Notes: generated by a model from the sequence alone, not told the origin. A stretch of DNA of 59,769 nt, filler included, from 6 parts of 6 records of this genome joined end to end with filler, not necessarily neighbours in it; one strand, 5' to 3'. Numbered from the whole stretch's first letter, positions 48,952 to 59,598 are shown. A program made the numbers and translations.

Positions 48952-49836
48952 ATGACTAAATGTGGTTATGTATCTGTAGTTGGTAGACCAAATGCAGGAA
49001 AAAGTTCACTTTTAAACTGGCTTGTAGGTGAAAAGATTGCAATGGTTTCACACAAAGCTAATGCAACAAGAAAAAGATCAAATATAATCGTAATGCATGA
49101 AGATGATCAAATTGTATTTGTTGATACTCCAGGTATCCACGAAACAGAAAAACTTTTAAATCAATTCATGTTAGATGAAGCATTAAAAGCAATTGGTGAT
49201 TGTGATTTAATTCTATTTTTAGCTCCAGTTACAGATAAACTTACTCACTACGAAAACTTTTTAGAGAAAAATAAAAAGAACACAAAGCATATTTTACTTT
49301 TAACAAAGATTGATAATGTTTCAAATAATGAAGTATTAGAAAAGATGAAAGAGTACGAACAATATGCTGATAAATATGAAGCAGTAATTCCAGTTTCAAT
49401 TAAAAAGCAAACAAGACATGAAGATATTTTAGATGTTGTAACAAAACATTTACCAGAACATCCTTACCTTTTTGACCCAGAAATTATGACAACTGAACAC
49501 TTAAGAGATATCTTTAAAGAGTTTATTAGAGAATCAATTTTTGATAATATCTCAGATGAAATTCCTTATGAAACAGATGTAATTGTAAATAGAGTTGAAG
49601 AGAAAACAGATATTGATGTAGTAAAAGCTACGATTATTGTTCAAAAATCAACTCAAAAGGGAATGATTATTGGTAAAGGCGCAAGTGCTATTAAAAGAAT
49701 AGGTAAAGACGCAAGAATCAAAATCGAAAAACTTACTGGAAGAAAATGTTATTTAGAACTATTTGTTTCTATAAGAAAAGGCTGGACTAAAGACAAGAAA
49801 GGTCTTAAAGAGTTAGGTTACGACGTAACTTTTTAA
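48952..49836 (+). CDS. era: GTPase Era
   Basis: GRPNAGKS, DTPG, TKID, EIPY, KH domain KGMIIGKG..IKRIG; likely ATG 48952. Confidence 0.96.
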   Translation: MTKCGYVSVVGRPNAGKSSLLNWLVGEKIAMVSHKANATRKRSNIIVMHEDDQIVFVDTPGIHETEKLLNQFMLDEALKAIGDCDLILFLAPVTDKLTHYENFLEKNKKNTKHILLLTKIDNVSNNEVLEKMKEYEQYADKYEAVIPVSIKKQTRHEDILDVVTKHLPEHPYLFDPEIMTTEHLRDIFKEFIRESIFDNISDEIPYETDVIVNRVEEKTDIDVVKATIIVQKSTQKGMIIGKGASAIKRIGKDARIKIEKLTGRKCYLELFVSIRKGWTKDKKGLKELGYDVTF

Positions 49837-49922
49837 AAAATAACTAAAAAAAATATTTAATTAAACTTTATTAAATCTTTTAAATAATAAAATAAATTAT
49901 ATTTTATTATGAAAGGTTTAAT

Positions 49923-50729
49923 ATGGAAACTTATGAAATAAAATCTACTGAAGAAATATCTGATGTACATTTAAAAAGTTTTCTCCTTACAAACCTTGAA
50001 AAAGAGGATTTTCTTCTATCTCCTAACTCATATATTTTTACTTCTTATTTAGAAGAGTTAAATAAATACCAATTAATAGTTTTTGAAAAAAGCAATAGCT
50101 TAGCTCCTGAAATATTTTTACATAAAGCAATTTACGAAAATGAACTTCTTATTACCCAAAAGTTTTTCTGTCTTTATAAAGAAAAAAAAGTATATTTTTA
50201 TCAAGAGTTAAAAGAAAAACTAGATAAAGAAAGAATTGAAGAGTTTATAAAAAGTAGTTTTAATTTAGATAGTTTATCTATTGTAGATAAAATAAATGAA
50301 GATAAAAAAGAAGAGAAAAACTATAGATTTATAAAGTATAAAAAAAGTTATCTATTTAAACTTTTGATACTTTACTTTCTAATTTTATTTATAGCTTTAC
50401 TTTGGTATTTCTCTTTAGATAAAAAAAGTGAAAAAGATATTTCTATATCAAGTTTAAAAAAGAAGATAGAAAGCCAAAAAAAAGATAACACATACACTTT
50501 TGTATCCTCTAAAATAATAAATTTATATTATCAAGCAAAACAAAAAGAGATAAACTTACATCTAATCCAACAAAATAATAACTCTTTTTTAATTGAATTA
50601 TCTTCATTAAATAAAAATAGTATCTATGAGTTTTTTGATAATTACAAAACTTCTATAAACAGCTTTAAATATGATGAATTAATAGGAGGGTATATAGTAA
50701 ATGCAAATATTGAATTTATTAGAAAATAG
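49923..50729 (+). CDS. Bitopic membrane protein, putative PilM/PilN- or GspL-like alignment subunit
   Basis: Single central TM; position upstream of GspE/GspF; no diagnostic motif. Confidence 0.5.
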   Translation: METYEIKSTEEISDVHLKSFLLTNLEKEDFLLSPNSYIFTSYLEELNKYQLIVFEKSNSLAPEIFLHKAIYENELLITQKFFCLYKEKKVYFYQELKEKLDKERIEEFIKSSFNLDSLSIVDKINEDKKEEKNYRFIKYKKSYLFKLLILYFLILFIALLWYFSLDKKSEKDISISSLKKKIESQKKDNTYTFVSSKIINLYYQAKQKEINLHLIQQNNNSFLIELSSLNKNSIYEFFDNYKTSINSFKYDELIGGYIVNANIEFIRK

Positions 50730-51363
50730 TTTTGAAAGAGCAGCTACAAGAGTAAAGTTAGAACTGTTTTTATTTCCCTTAATTATTATTGCTTCTTTGA
50801 TTTATTTTTTAGAGCAGACAAAAGTAAAAGAATCGAAGAGAAGCCTTTTTAGTAGTAATATATTTATTCAAAAAAAGAGTATGGATAAATCCTTAATAGA
50901 AGTAATAAAAGATATTGAAACTTATTTAGAAAAAAACTCTATTCAGCTAATTGATATCTCAAATATAGATGAGAAGATACAACTTCAAGTAAATGCTTCT
51001 ACTCTCTTAAATTTAAAATTATTAGATTATATAGAACACTACAATAATTTCTCTTCTATTAAAACATTAAGACTTACAGATGATAGTTTACATGTAATTA
51101 TAAGCTTTGATAAATCCTTTATAAAAACAAGTAATAAAGAAAGCAAGCTTGAACTAGCTTATCTAGAAAAACACATAAGTGCTAGCAAAAAGTATACTCT
51201 TAAAGCAATAGTAGGAAATGAAGTTCTAATAAATGAAAAATGGCTAAGTCTAGGTGAAAAAGTAAACAAAGATTTTAAAGTAGAAAAAATAAATAGAAAT
51301 TCAGCCGTAATAAAAAGTGAAACTATTCAAATAGAACTAAGGCTTTATAATGAAACTATATAA
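50701..51363 (+). CDS. Bitopic protein, PilO-like N-part with CtsX/PilP-like C-part
   Basis: N-terminal TM; C-terminal LKAIVGNEVLINEKW...G.KV...KVEKI. Confidence 0.5.
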   Translation: MQILNLLENSFERAATRVKLELFLFPLIIIASLIYFLEQTKVKESKRSLFSSNIFIQKKSMDKSLIEVIKDIETYLEKNSIQLIDISNIDEKIQLQVNASTLLNLKLLDYIEHYNNFSSIKTLRLTDDSLHVIISFDKSFIKTSNKESKLELAYLEKHISASKKYTLKAIVGNEVLINEKWLSLGEKVNKDFKVEKINRNSAVIKSETIQIELRLYNETI

Positions 51364-52687
51364 ATATCTAATTGATTATAACTATGTAAATAGTTTTGAT
51401 TTAAAACTTTTAAAAGAGGCTTTGGTTTTACCTATTTCAAGTGATGGAATCTATTGTAAGTTTTATGTTTGTAAAGAGTCAAATTTAAAACTACTTGATT
51501 TAAGTTTGATAATAAAAGAGATTGAGATTTCAAAAAACAAAATAGAGTTCTTCTTAAGTGACTTTAATACAAGACTTGATTTATATAATCGCAGTGAAAA
51601 TTTAATAAAACAAAAAGAGATAAATCCAAAACTTATGGAGGAGTTTTTTAATAAAATTTTAGAAAAAGCACTGAGTCTAAGATCAAGTGACTTACACTTT
51701 GAAAGTTTAGAAAACTCTATGATTGTAAGGTTTAGAATAGATGGTGAGCTAAGCTGTTTTTATATCTTTAATAAAGAGTTTTTTAAGACTATAAGTTCAT
51801 ATATAAAGATGTTATCAAAACTTGATGTAACAAAAGTTCGAAATCCTCAAGATGGAAGATTCTCTTTTAAAACTATTGATTTTAGAGTTTCTACTATGCC
51901 TACAATTCATGGGGAATCAATAGTAATAAGAGTTTTAGATAATTTAAATGTTAGTGAAGATTTAGAGAGTATGAGTTTCTCTTCTCATATAGTTGACTCC
52001 TTTGAAAATATTACTTCTTTAAAAGAGGGCTTAGTTTTAATAACTGGACCAACTGGAAGTGGAAAGAGTACAACTCTTTATTCTTTGGTTAAGCAGTTAA
52101 ATAGTGAAGATAAAAAGATAATAACTATTGAAGACCCAGTTGAGTATAAAATAGAACAAGTACAACAAGTAAATATAAATGAAGATATTGAATTAGGTTT
52201 TAATAATGTACTTAAAAATATTTTGCGTCAAGATCCAAATGTCATACTTATAGGAGAAATAAGAGATGCCTTCTCTTTATCTATTGCTTTACAAGCATCA
52301 TTGACTGGACACTTGGTTTTAGCTTCTATTCATGCAAACTCTAGTGTTGATACAATTTCTAGGCTTATTGATTTAAAAGCAGATAGATTTTTATTAGCAA
52401 GTACTTTAAAATATATAGTTTCACAAAGGCTAGTATCAAAACTTTGTACTTGTAAAAGTACTTGTGAAAAGTGCAACTATAAAGGTTTTTTAGGAAGAAT
52501 TGGTATTGCTGAGAGTTTAGCATGTGATAGTAAAATAAAAACTCTTTTAATGAAAGATGATTTCTTAGTTGAAATAGAAAACTATTTAAAACAAAAAGAG
52601 TATAAGACAATCTTAGATGATGGCTTAAAAAAAGTAGAAGAAGAGAAAAGTACTTTAAAAGAGTTATATAAAGTGGTGAACTCTTAA
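51350..52687 (+). CDS. GspE/PulE/PilB-family ATPase (CtsE-like)
   Basis: SDLHFE, PQDGR, GPTGSGKSTTLY, TIEDPVEY, LRQDP.VI.IGEIRD, TGHLV. Confidence 0.93.
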   Translation: MKLYKYLIDYNYVNSFDLKLLKEALVLPISSDGIYCKFYVCKESNLKLLDLSLIIKEIEISKNKIEFFLSDFNTRLDLYNRSENLIKQKEINPKLMEEFFNKILEKALSLRSSDLHFESLENSMIVRFRIDGELSCFYIFNKEFFKTISSYIKMLSKLDVTKVRNPQDGRFSFKTIDFRVSTMPTIHGESIVIRVLDNLNVSEDLESMSFSSHIVDSFENITSLKEGLVLITGPTGSGKSTTLYSLVKQLNSEDKKIITIEDPVEYKIEQVQQVNINEDIELGFNNVLKNILRQDPNVILIGEIRDAFSLSIALQASLTGHLVLASIHANSSVDTISRLIDLKADRFLLASTLKYIVSQRLVSKLCTCKSTCEKCNYKGFLGRIGIAESLACDSKIKTLLMKDDFLVEIENYLKQKEYKTILDDGLKKVEEEKSTLKELYKVVNS

Positions 52688-52688
52688 G

Positions 52689-53876
52689 ATGAAGTATAAA
52701 GTAAAGTATCAAGAAAAAGGAAAAATAAAAACTCTTCTTTTAACTGAAGATGAATACTTAGAAGAGAATAGCTTACCTTTAAATATTATTAGTGTAAAGA
52801 AAACAATGGAGTTAAATAATCTTTTTTCTTTAAAGAAAAGAGTTAGTAAAAGAGCTTTAATCAATATATTAAATGAATTAAATCTTATGCTTGAATCAAA
52901 TATACTCTTTGATGATGCCTTTGAAATTTTGATTGATTCAAATAAAGATAAAACTATAAAAGATTTTCTACTTAAATTAAAATACTCTTTTTCAAATCAT
53001 TTAGATTTAGAACAAAGTTTAAAAGAGTTTAGAATTGATAGTTTTGTAATCTCCTTATTTAAGATTATACAAAATAGTGGAGAGCCCAAAAGGCATATTG
53101 AAACTTTGTATGAGATTTTAAAAGAAGAAGATGAGGTAAAAAAACAGATAAAAAAAGTTTTTGCTTATCCTTTGATTTTAGTAGGTTCATTTTTATTTGC
53201 ACTTATTGGTATTTTTAATTTTGTAGTACCAAAGTTTGAGAATATGTTTTTACAAAATGATATGAAATTAAGTTTTGCTACAAAGTCTTTATTTCTTGTA
53301 AAAAATATATTTGAAAACTATCTTCTATTTATTGTAGTAGTTCTTAGTCTAATACTCTTTTTTATATACTTAATCTACTTAAAGAGTGACAAAATAAAGT
53401 TTTTTGTACATAGAGTTATTTTTGAAAAACTATTTATAGTAAGTAAAATATATAAGCTTCGAATGATGTATAGATTCTTTTATATTGTAAATAGTTTGCT
53501 TCAAGGAAGATATGAGTTTCATGAAACTATTATTAAGAGTAAAACTTTAATAAACAACAAATACTTTTTAGATAAAATTACACGAATTGATAGTTCACTA
53601 AAAAGTGGTAAGTCTATTTACCATAGTTTTAAGAAGAGTGATATCTTTGATGAGCTTGTTTTAAATATAATTAGAACAGCCGAAATATCAAACTCTTTAG
53701 AGAAAACAAGTTATGAAATAAGAACTATCTATAAAAAAAGATTTAATGAAAAAGTAGAAATATTTTCTATACTAATTGAGCCAGTATTTTTTATATTGAT
53801 TATGTTATTAATTGTTTGGATAATTATGGCTATCTTTGTTCCTTTATGGAGTATAGGCGATATTTTAAAAATATAA
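52689..53876 (+). CDS. GspF/PilC-family platform protein (CtsF-like)
   Basis: AYP, FVVPKF, IEP....AIFVP; follows GspE. Confidence 0.88.
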   Translation: MKYKVKYQEKGKIKTLLLTEDEYLEENSLPLNIISVKKTMELNNLFSLKKRVSKRALINILNELNLMLESNILFDDAFEILIDSNKDKTIKDFLLKLKYSFSNHLDLEQSLKEFRIDSFVISLFKIIQNSGEPKRHIETLYEILKEEDEVKKQIKKVFAYPLILVGSFLFALIGIFNFVVPKFENMFLQNDMKLSFATKSLFLVKNIFENYLLFIVVVLSLILFFIYLIYLKSDKIKFFVHRVIFEKLFIVSKIYKLRMMYRFFYIVNSLLQGRYEFHETIIKSKTLINNKYFLDKITRIDSSLKSGKSIYHSFKKSDIFDELVLNIIRTAEISNSLEKTSYEIRTIYKKRFNEKVEIFSILIEPVFFILIMLLIVWIIMAIFVPLWSIGDILKI

Positions 53877-53888
53877 GAGGAATTTTTT

Positions 53889-54131
53889 ATGAGCAAAGAA
53901 CTAGAGTTTGAAAACTCAGTTAAAAATATTTTAGAGTATATCGGTGAAGATATAAATAGAGAAGGGCTTGAAAAAACACCTAGTAGAGTTAGAAAAGCTT
54001 TTGAGTTTATGTGTGGTGGATATAAGCAAAACCCAGAAGAGATTATCAATTCTGCACTTTTTACAAGTTCAAATGATGAGATGGTAGTTATCAAAGATAT
54101 TGAGTTTTATTCAATGTGTGAACACCATATG
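53889..54131 (+). CDS. folE: GTP cyclohydrolase I, 5' part
   Basis: [29 protein letters not shown]. Confidence 0.95.
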
Positions 54132-54231
54132 NNNNNNNNNNNNNNNNNNNNNNNNNNNNNNNNNNNNNNNNNNNNTTAATTAATTAANNNNNNNNNNNNN
54201 NNNNNNNNNNNNNNNNNNNNNNNNNNNNNNN
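54132..54231. other. Artificial contig linker
   Basis: N44-TTAATTAATTAA-N44. Confidence 0.99.
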
Positions 54232-54232
54232 A

Positions 54233-55483
54233 GCAGGTGTTAGAGCTGTTTATGATGAAGGGACTAAAACAGTGAGTTTAGTTTCAACAGTTCCCGGTAA
54301 ATCTATGAAATTGGAAAATGATACTAGTGGACTTTTAAAGAAACTTGGTTTAATGGGGCAGACTCCTAGTGGTAGAACAAAATTAAGATCAGTATATAAA
54401 GGTCAAAGAGCATCGTTTATAATGGATGGTGTTCAATACCAAAGAGAATCAAACGAAGTAGAATTTGATGGATTAAAAATAACACTTAGAGGAGAAACAG
54501 AACCTGGTCAAAGGGTAGCAGTAGAGGTTGCATATGATACTGAAGCCGCTATTCAGGAAGTTGCACAATTTTTAAATGCATATAATGAATCCATTTCTTT
54601 ATTAGAAGATAAAACTAAAAAAGATGCATTACTTCAAGGGGATACTACAGCAACAGCTTTAATGCTTAGATTAAGAAAAAAAATGACTGATAATGTTAAT
54701 GGTGTTGAAGATAAATTTAACCAGCTTGCTTTAATAGGTGTAACAACTGATGAGAAAAGTGGACGTTTAACTATTAATGAAAATAAATTTAGAGCTGCAC
54801 TTGATGAAAATCCACTTGAAATTAAGAAACTGTTTACACAGAAAAAAGATAATACAGAACCAATTGTTCTTGGCCTTGGAAATAATAGAAGAACTATATA
54901 TGATCCAAAAGATCCTCTGCCTGGAGAGATTGACGAAATTAAAGTAGTTGTAGGTGAAAAAGAGTATTCAACGGATAGTAATTCTACTCCTTTAATTAGA
55001 AAAAGTGAGTTATATAAATATCAAGTATCCAGAGTAGATTTAATTAAATATGTTATAAATAGAGATGTAAAAACAAGAGATGAAGCTTTAGCCAAATTAG
55101 GTAAAAAATTACCACCAAATGCTGTTATTATCGATGATATAACAGGTAAATTTGAATTTGGTACTCCTCCAAAACGAGGAATGAAAGTTTTTGTTGAAAA
55201 TAAAAAGATAACAGCCAGAAGAAAAACAGGAACAGATGAAGGTATTGCAACAAGAGTGGAAACTTTTTTAAAGCCATATACGTCTTTTGGTGGAACAATG
55301 GCTAATCATATTAAAGCTTATGATACAAATGTTGAAGATATAAATGAATGGATAGATAGAACAAATGATAGACTAGATAAAAGAGAGGACTCTCTGAAAA
55401 GAAGTTTTGGTGCGATGGAAGGTGCTCTTCAAAGTAGTAACTCTTTAAGTAGCTGGCTATCAAGCCAAACAGCAGGACTATAA
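54233..55483 (+). CDS. fliD: Flagellar filament cap protein FliD, 3' part, with large insertion
   Basis: Frame open from contig start; GQ.A...DG....SN....DG..ITL, F..AYN, LQGD, LALIGV, G.LTI.E.KF..AL, GIATR, C-terminal F.AME.AL...NS..SWL. Confidence 0.88.
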   Translation, partial: AGVRAVYDEGTKTVSLVSTVPGKSMKLENDTSGLLKKLGLMGQTPSGRTKLRSVYKGQRASFIMDGVQYQRESNEVEFDGLKITLRGETEPGQRVAVEVAYDTEAAIQEVAQFLNAYNESISLLEDKTKKDALLQGDTTATALMLRLRKKMTDNVNGVEDKFNQLALIGVTTDEKSGRLTINENKFRAALDENPLEIKKLFTQKKDNTEPIVLGLGNNRRTIYDPKDPLPGEIDEIKVVVGEKEYSTDSNSTPLIRKSELYKYQVSRVDLIKYVINRDVKTRDEALAKLGKKLPPNAVIIDDITGKFEFGTPPKRGMKVFVENKKITARRKTGTDEGIATRVETFLKPYTSFGGTMANHIKAYDTNVEDINEWIDRTNDRLDKREDSLKRSFGAMEGALQSSNSLSSWLSSQTAGL

Positions 55484-55494
55484 ACGAATAATAG

Positions 55495-56112
55495 GTGGAA
55501 TTGATGATAGTATCGATTGATAATGTAAAAATGGAGATTGATCAGGAAAATATTACAAGTATTACTCAACTTTTAAGTATGTTAAATGAAAAACTGAGAG
55601 TTGAAAATAAAGTTATTTTTGAGGTATTTATTGACGGTGAAGAATATAATTTACACTCTGACAAAGAGTTAGCAACAGTTAGTATTATAGAAATAATAAC
55701 TAAATCGCCAAGAATTTTATTGCTTGAAACTTTAAATGAAATGAATAATTATATTAAGCGTTTTCATTCAACATTAGATGAAATATATCTTTATTTATCT
55801 AATGATGATTATAAAATTTCAGAATTAATAATGAAAGCTGTAGATGGTCTTGAGTGGATATACTCAGTTATAACATCAGTTTTAGATTTAACATCAGTTA
55901 ATTTTGAAGAGATAGAATTTAAAGACACATATTTTAATTTTGAATATATCTTAAATTATTTTTTAATTCTTGTTGAAAAAGAAGACTTTAAAGGCTTACA
56001 GAATTTTATGAATGAAGACTTAAAAGGATTTTTGAATGAAATAGAAACAGGGATACCTAAAATATATGAAGCCATAATGGCTGAGGAAAAAGAGGAGAGA
56101 GTAAAAGCATAA
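55495..56112 (+). CDS. Hypothetical acidic helical protein downstream of fliD
   Basis: 205-aa ORF 11 nt after fliD stop; V.IDG and DGLEWI motifs; function unknown. Confidence 0.7.
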   Translation: MELMIVSIDNVKMEIDQENITSITQLLSMLNEKLRVENKVIFEVFIDGEEYNLHSDKELATVSIIEIITKSPRILLLETLNEMNNYIKRFHSTLDEIYLYLSNDDYKISELIMKAVDGLEWIYSVITSVLDLTSVNFEEIEFKDTYFNFEYILNYFLILVEKEDFKGLQNFMNEDLKGFLNEIETGIPKIYEAIMAEEKEERVKA

Positions 56113-56125
56113 TAGTCAAATGAAA

Positions 56126-56154
56126 TTGACATTTTTAGAACTATGTTATATAAT
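56126..56154 (+). promoter_or_regulatory. Consensus sigma70 promoter
   Basis: TTGACA-17 nt-TATAAT, perfect match; GGAGG SD downstream. Confidence 0.85.
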
Positions 56155-56201
56155 TCTAATTGCTTTTATTAAGAAAGTGAAGAATCAGCAGGGAGGCTTA
56201 G

Positions 56202-57035
56202 ATGAAGCGAATACTAAAATTATTAATGATCACAGGAACAATACTATTAGTTGGTTGTAGTTCTGCAAAAAATAAAGACGAGGTAGAAATTTTTAATAGG
56301 GAAATAGTTTTTACTGTAGAAGATGAAACAGGAGATGATAATGGACCTGGAACATACGCATATCCTACAGGAAGGACATATCTTAAAGGAGCTTATGATT
56401 TAATTGAGCTAAAAGTAGATAATATAGACGAATCAGCAGAAGATTATGAGTTTACAATAACTATTAATAATTTCTTTAAAAATGATGCTGAGTATTTTGG
56501 AAATTGGGATATTCAGATGTTTGATATTTACTTAAATACCGGTGAAGGAAAATATAAGCAAACAATTTCAGGTAGAAACCTTAAGGTTAAAGATGGTTGG
56601 GATAAAGCAATTATTGTTGCTCCTGAAAGAGAAGTAAAAATAAAGAATAAGGTATTTGAAGAGAATAAAGAAGTTTCAGATGATATATCTGATTATGAAG
56701 ATTTAACAGGAGCTATATTATTACCAAATGGAATAGATGTTGATAATAATAAACTTATTGTTAGAATTGCGAAAGAAAAATTAGGTCCTTGGAGTGACGT
56801 AAAAGGAATTCAAGTATTTTCATTAGGTTTTACAACTGACTCAGAAGAAAACCATACGTATAATATGTTGGTAGAAGAGTTCACAGGTCAGGCTAACTTC
56901 GGTGGAGGGACTAATTATGAAGGAAACTCCAATGTTATAGATATTTTAGGTGATAACTCGAAAATGGCTGAGTTTAAGGCTGAAGAAGGAATTGCGGAAT
57001 TTGCGGAGATTGATCTTATTCCTGTAAATAACTAA
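56202..57035 (+). CDS. Lipoprotein with glucodextranase/amylopullulanase-type DOMON-like domain
   Basis: Lipobox LVGC; D..GDDNGPGTY.YPT, G.YDL, Q.FDIY, FGGG, NVIDIL. Confidence 0.82.
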   Translation: MKRILKLLMITGTILLVGCSSAKNKDEVEIFNREIVFTVEDETGDDNGPGTYAYPTGRTYLKGAYDLIELKVDNIDESAEDYEFTITINNFFKNDAEYFGNWDIQMFDIYLNTGEGKYKQTISGRNLKVKDGWDKAIIVAPEREVKIKNKVFEENKEVSDDISDYEDLTGAILLPNGIDVDNNKLIVRIAKEKLGPWSDVKGIQVFSLGFTTDSEENHTYNMLVEEFTGQANFGGGTNYEGNSNVIDILGDNSKMAEFKAEEGIAEFAEIDLIPVNN

Positions 57036-57057
57036 AAAAATGTTTTAGATTTTAAAT

Positions 57058-57089
57058 AAAAATAGATGGCATAGGCGCCATCTATTTTT
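57058..57089 (+). terminator. Intrinsic terminator
   Basis: AAAAATAGATGGC-ATAGGC-GCCATCTATTTTT. Confidence 0.85.
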
Positions 57090-57156
57090 ATAGTTTACTA
57101 TAGAAATAATTAATTTAGAATTTTAAAAAGCTTAGCTTTGTTATGAGGGGAGAAAA

Positions 57157-59595
57157 ATGAAAAAACTATTTTTTTTAAGTTTGCTTTTATTTTGTTCATG
57201 CATGAAAATAGAGAGAATTGATAAAAATAAATTAATAGCACCTGCATTATCTCAAAAAGGAGATGGATATATATTTGTTGAAAATGTACATCATTACTCT
57301 TCAGCAAAAGATGTAGTACTAAAATCAGCAGATGAAGTAAAGTTTTTTTTAGAAGCTAGAAAAGACGATCTTGAAGAGGTTCAACTTGTTTTTAATAATG
57401 AAAAATATGAAATGGAAACATTAGCTGTCATTGGAGAGAGAGAATATTATTATGCAGATGTACCGGCAATAGACGGAGAATACTATTTTGAACTTACAGA
57501 TAGAAAAAAAATAGTTAATTTTGGAGTAGATGGTTCGGAAGAGAAATTTTTATTTGAATTAGCAAAGTATAATGAGAAGATAGGGAAAGAAATTTACCCG
57601 GAATGGGCAGCAGGTTTAGTTTGGTATAAAATTTTTGTGGATAGTTTTAGAAATGGAAATAAAGAAAATGATCCAAGATATAACGAGTTAGGAAAGGAAA
57701 ATTTTATTCCCTGGGCTGAAAATGAAGAAAGTAGTTTAGGTGAATTCAAATTAAGTCGTTGGAATTCCAATTTTTCTTTTGAAGAAGAGTGGGGAAGTAA
57801 AATAAATTCAAATGATTGGGATAAAATAACTGCAAAACGTTTTGGAGGAGATCTGAGGGGAATAGAAGAAAAATTAAATTATTTAGAAGAGTTAGGTATT
57901 GATATTCTGGAGCTAACTCCGGTATTTTATTCGAACTCGAATAATAAATTTGATATTATTGATTATAGACATGTTTCGCCGGATTTTGGTGTTATAAAGC
58001 AAACAGATGAGTTTTCTATTTACTCTGAATCAAATAAAACGTATTTAGAAGAAGGTATATCAGAAATTGAAGCTTTGGAGTTTTACCAAAATGAGAAAAA
58101 TGGATTTGATGAAACATTAGAAATAGATACATGGAAATGGTCTGAGTCAGATCTTTTATTTGCTGAATTAATAAAAAAAGCAAATGAAAAAAATATAAGA
58201 GTTATAGCTGATATAGATTTTAGAGGGGTATCTGAAGATTTTATCTTTTTCAGAGATGTGTTAATAAATGGCCCTGAATCAACTTATAGAGAGTGGTTCG
58301 TTTTCAGTGATTGGAATGAGGTGACTGAGTACTCAGAGCTTAATATCGATGACTGGAACCCTTACGTAGAGTATACAGGTGACTCTGATTATCATGTAGT
58401 TGATATTGATGATAAAAAATATAGAAGAAAATGGATTAAAATTGAAAATAAACTTTCTGAAGAGAAGAAAGCTGAGATACTAAATTGGAATATGCAAAAC
58501 ATAGCATATGAGAAAATTAATAAGAAAAAAATAAGATTAAACTTAAACTCAGAGTCATTAAGAGAATATCTGTTTTCTTCGGCAAAAAAATGGTTAGAAG
58601 GATTTAGCGGTGATGGCTCAGATTCATTATCGGGATATAAAGTATATATTAATAATTATGATTCAGAGTTTTATGATATGTTTAAATTTGAAATGCTTTC
58701 TTTTGATTCTGATAAATTAATTATTAGAGATACAATAGAAAACTATGAATATGTTGATAAAATAATCAAAGTACTGGTTGATACAGAAGAAAATATAAAA
58801 ATATCACTGGATGAATTTAAAGAAAATATAAAAATGCTAAATGCAAGTTATTATAATCCTACAAAAAAAGTTGCACAATATCCTCTTGACGGAATCTATA
58901 CAGATAGAATTTATTCACAATTAATAAATAATAATAGAGAGTTTGATAAATTGAATAAAACTGTATACGGCAATAATTACATGGAAATTCGTCCAAATCT
59001 TTTAAATAAAGGAGCAGTTAATAAATTAAAACAGATAATTGCTTTGCAAATTTTTTCATCAACAAATCCATATATATATTATGGAACGGAAGTAGGGATG
59101 TGGGGAGGAGATGTTCCTTACAACAGGAAACCTATGTTATGGCAAGAGGAGTTTCCATATGATGAAGAGAGTGATGATATCAACAAATACCAAGAAGTTA
59201 AAAATAAACTAAGTGGTAAGGTTGTGTTTGATGAAGTGCAAGAGAAAATCTATTATACAGCCGAGTTAAATAATGATATTTTAGATTGGTATAAACAATT
59301 GCTGCAAATCTATAAAGAGAATAAAATCTATTTTACTGATTCTAAACTTGAATTTCCTTCAGTAATTGAAAAGGAAAATGAAGTTACAGACATATTAGTT
59401 TTGAAATATAAACTAAACAATGAAGATGAACTGTTTATAATTATTAATCCTACAACTAAATCCAGAACTATAGATTTAGAAGTTGAGAGTAGAGATAATT
59501 ATATAGAAATATTATCAGAAGAAGAATTAACTGTAATTGAAAGAAAAATTCAAATAAAGCTTGATTCAAACGGAATAGCTATAATAAAAAAATAA
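57157..59595 (+). CDS. GH13 (neopullulanase/cyclomaltodextrinase-like) probable lipoprotein, catalytic residues degenerate
   Basis: W...[48 protein letters not shown]-terminal hydrophobic stretch ending CSC. Confidence 0.85.
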   Translation: MKKLFFLSLLLFCSCMKIERIDKNKLIAPALSQKGDGYIFVENVHHYSSAKDVVLKSADEVKFFLEARKDDLEEVQLVFNNEKYEMETLAVIGEREYYYADVPAIDGEYYFELTDRKKIVNFGVDGSEEKFLFELAKYNEKIGKEIYPEWAAGLVWYKIFVDSFRNGNKENDPRYNELGKENFIPWAENEESSLGEFKLSRWNSNFSFEEEWGSKINSNDWDKITAKRFGGDLRGIEEKLNYLEELGIDILELTPVFYSNSNNKFDIIDYRHVSPDFGVIKQTDEFSIYSESNKTYLEEGISEIEALEFYQNEKNGFDETLEIDTWKWSESDLLFAELIKKANEKNIRVIADIDFRGVSEDFIFFRDVLINGPESTYREWFVFSDWNEVTEYSELNIDDWNPYVEYTGDSDYHVVDIDDKKYRRKWIKIENKLSEEKKAEILNWNMQNIAYEKINKKKIRLNLNSESLREYLFSSAKKWLEGFSGDGSDSLSGYKVYINNYDSEFYDMFKFEMLSFDSDKLIIRDTIENYEYVDKIIKVLVDTEENIKISLDEFKENIKMLNASYYNPTKKVAQYPLDGIYTDRIYSQLINNNREFDKLNKTVYGNNYMEIRPNLLNKGAVNKLKQIIALQIFSSTNPYIYYGTEVGMWGGDVPYNRKPMLWQEEFPYDEESDDINKYQEVKNKLSGKVVFDEVQEKIYYTAELNNDILDWYKQLLQIYKENKIYFTDSKLEFPSVIEKENEVTDILVLKYKLNNEDELFIIINPTTKSRTIDLEVESRDNYIEILSEEELTVIERKIQIKLDSNGIAIIKK

Positions 59596-59598
59596 TTA

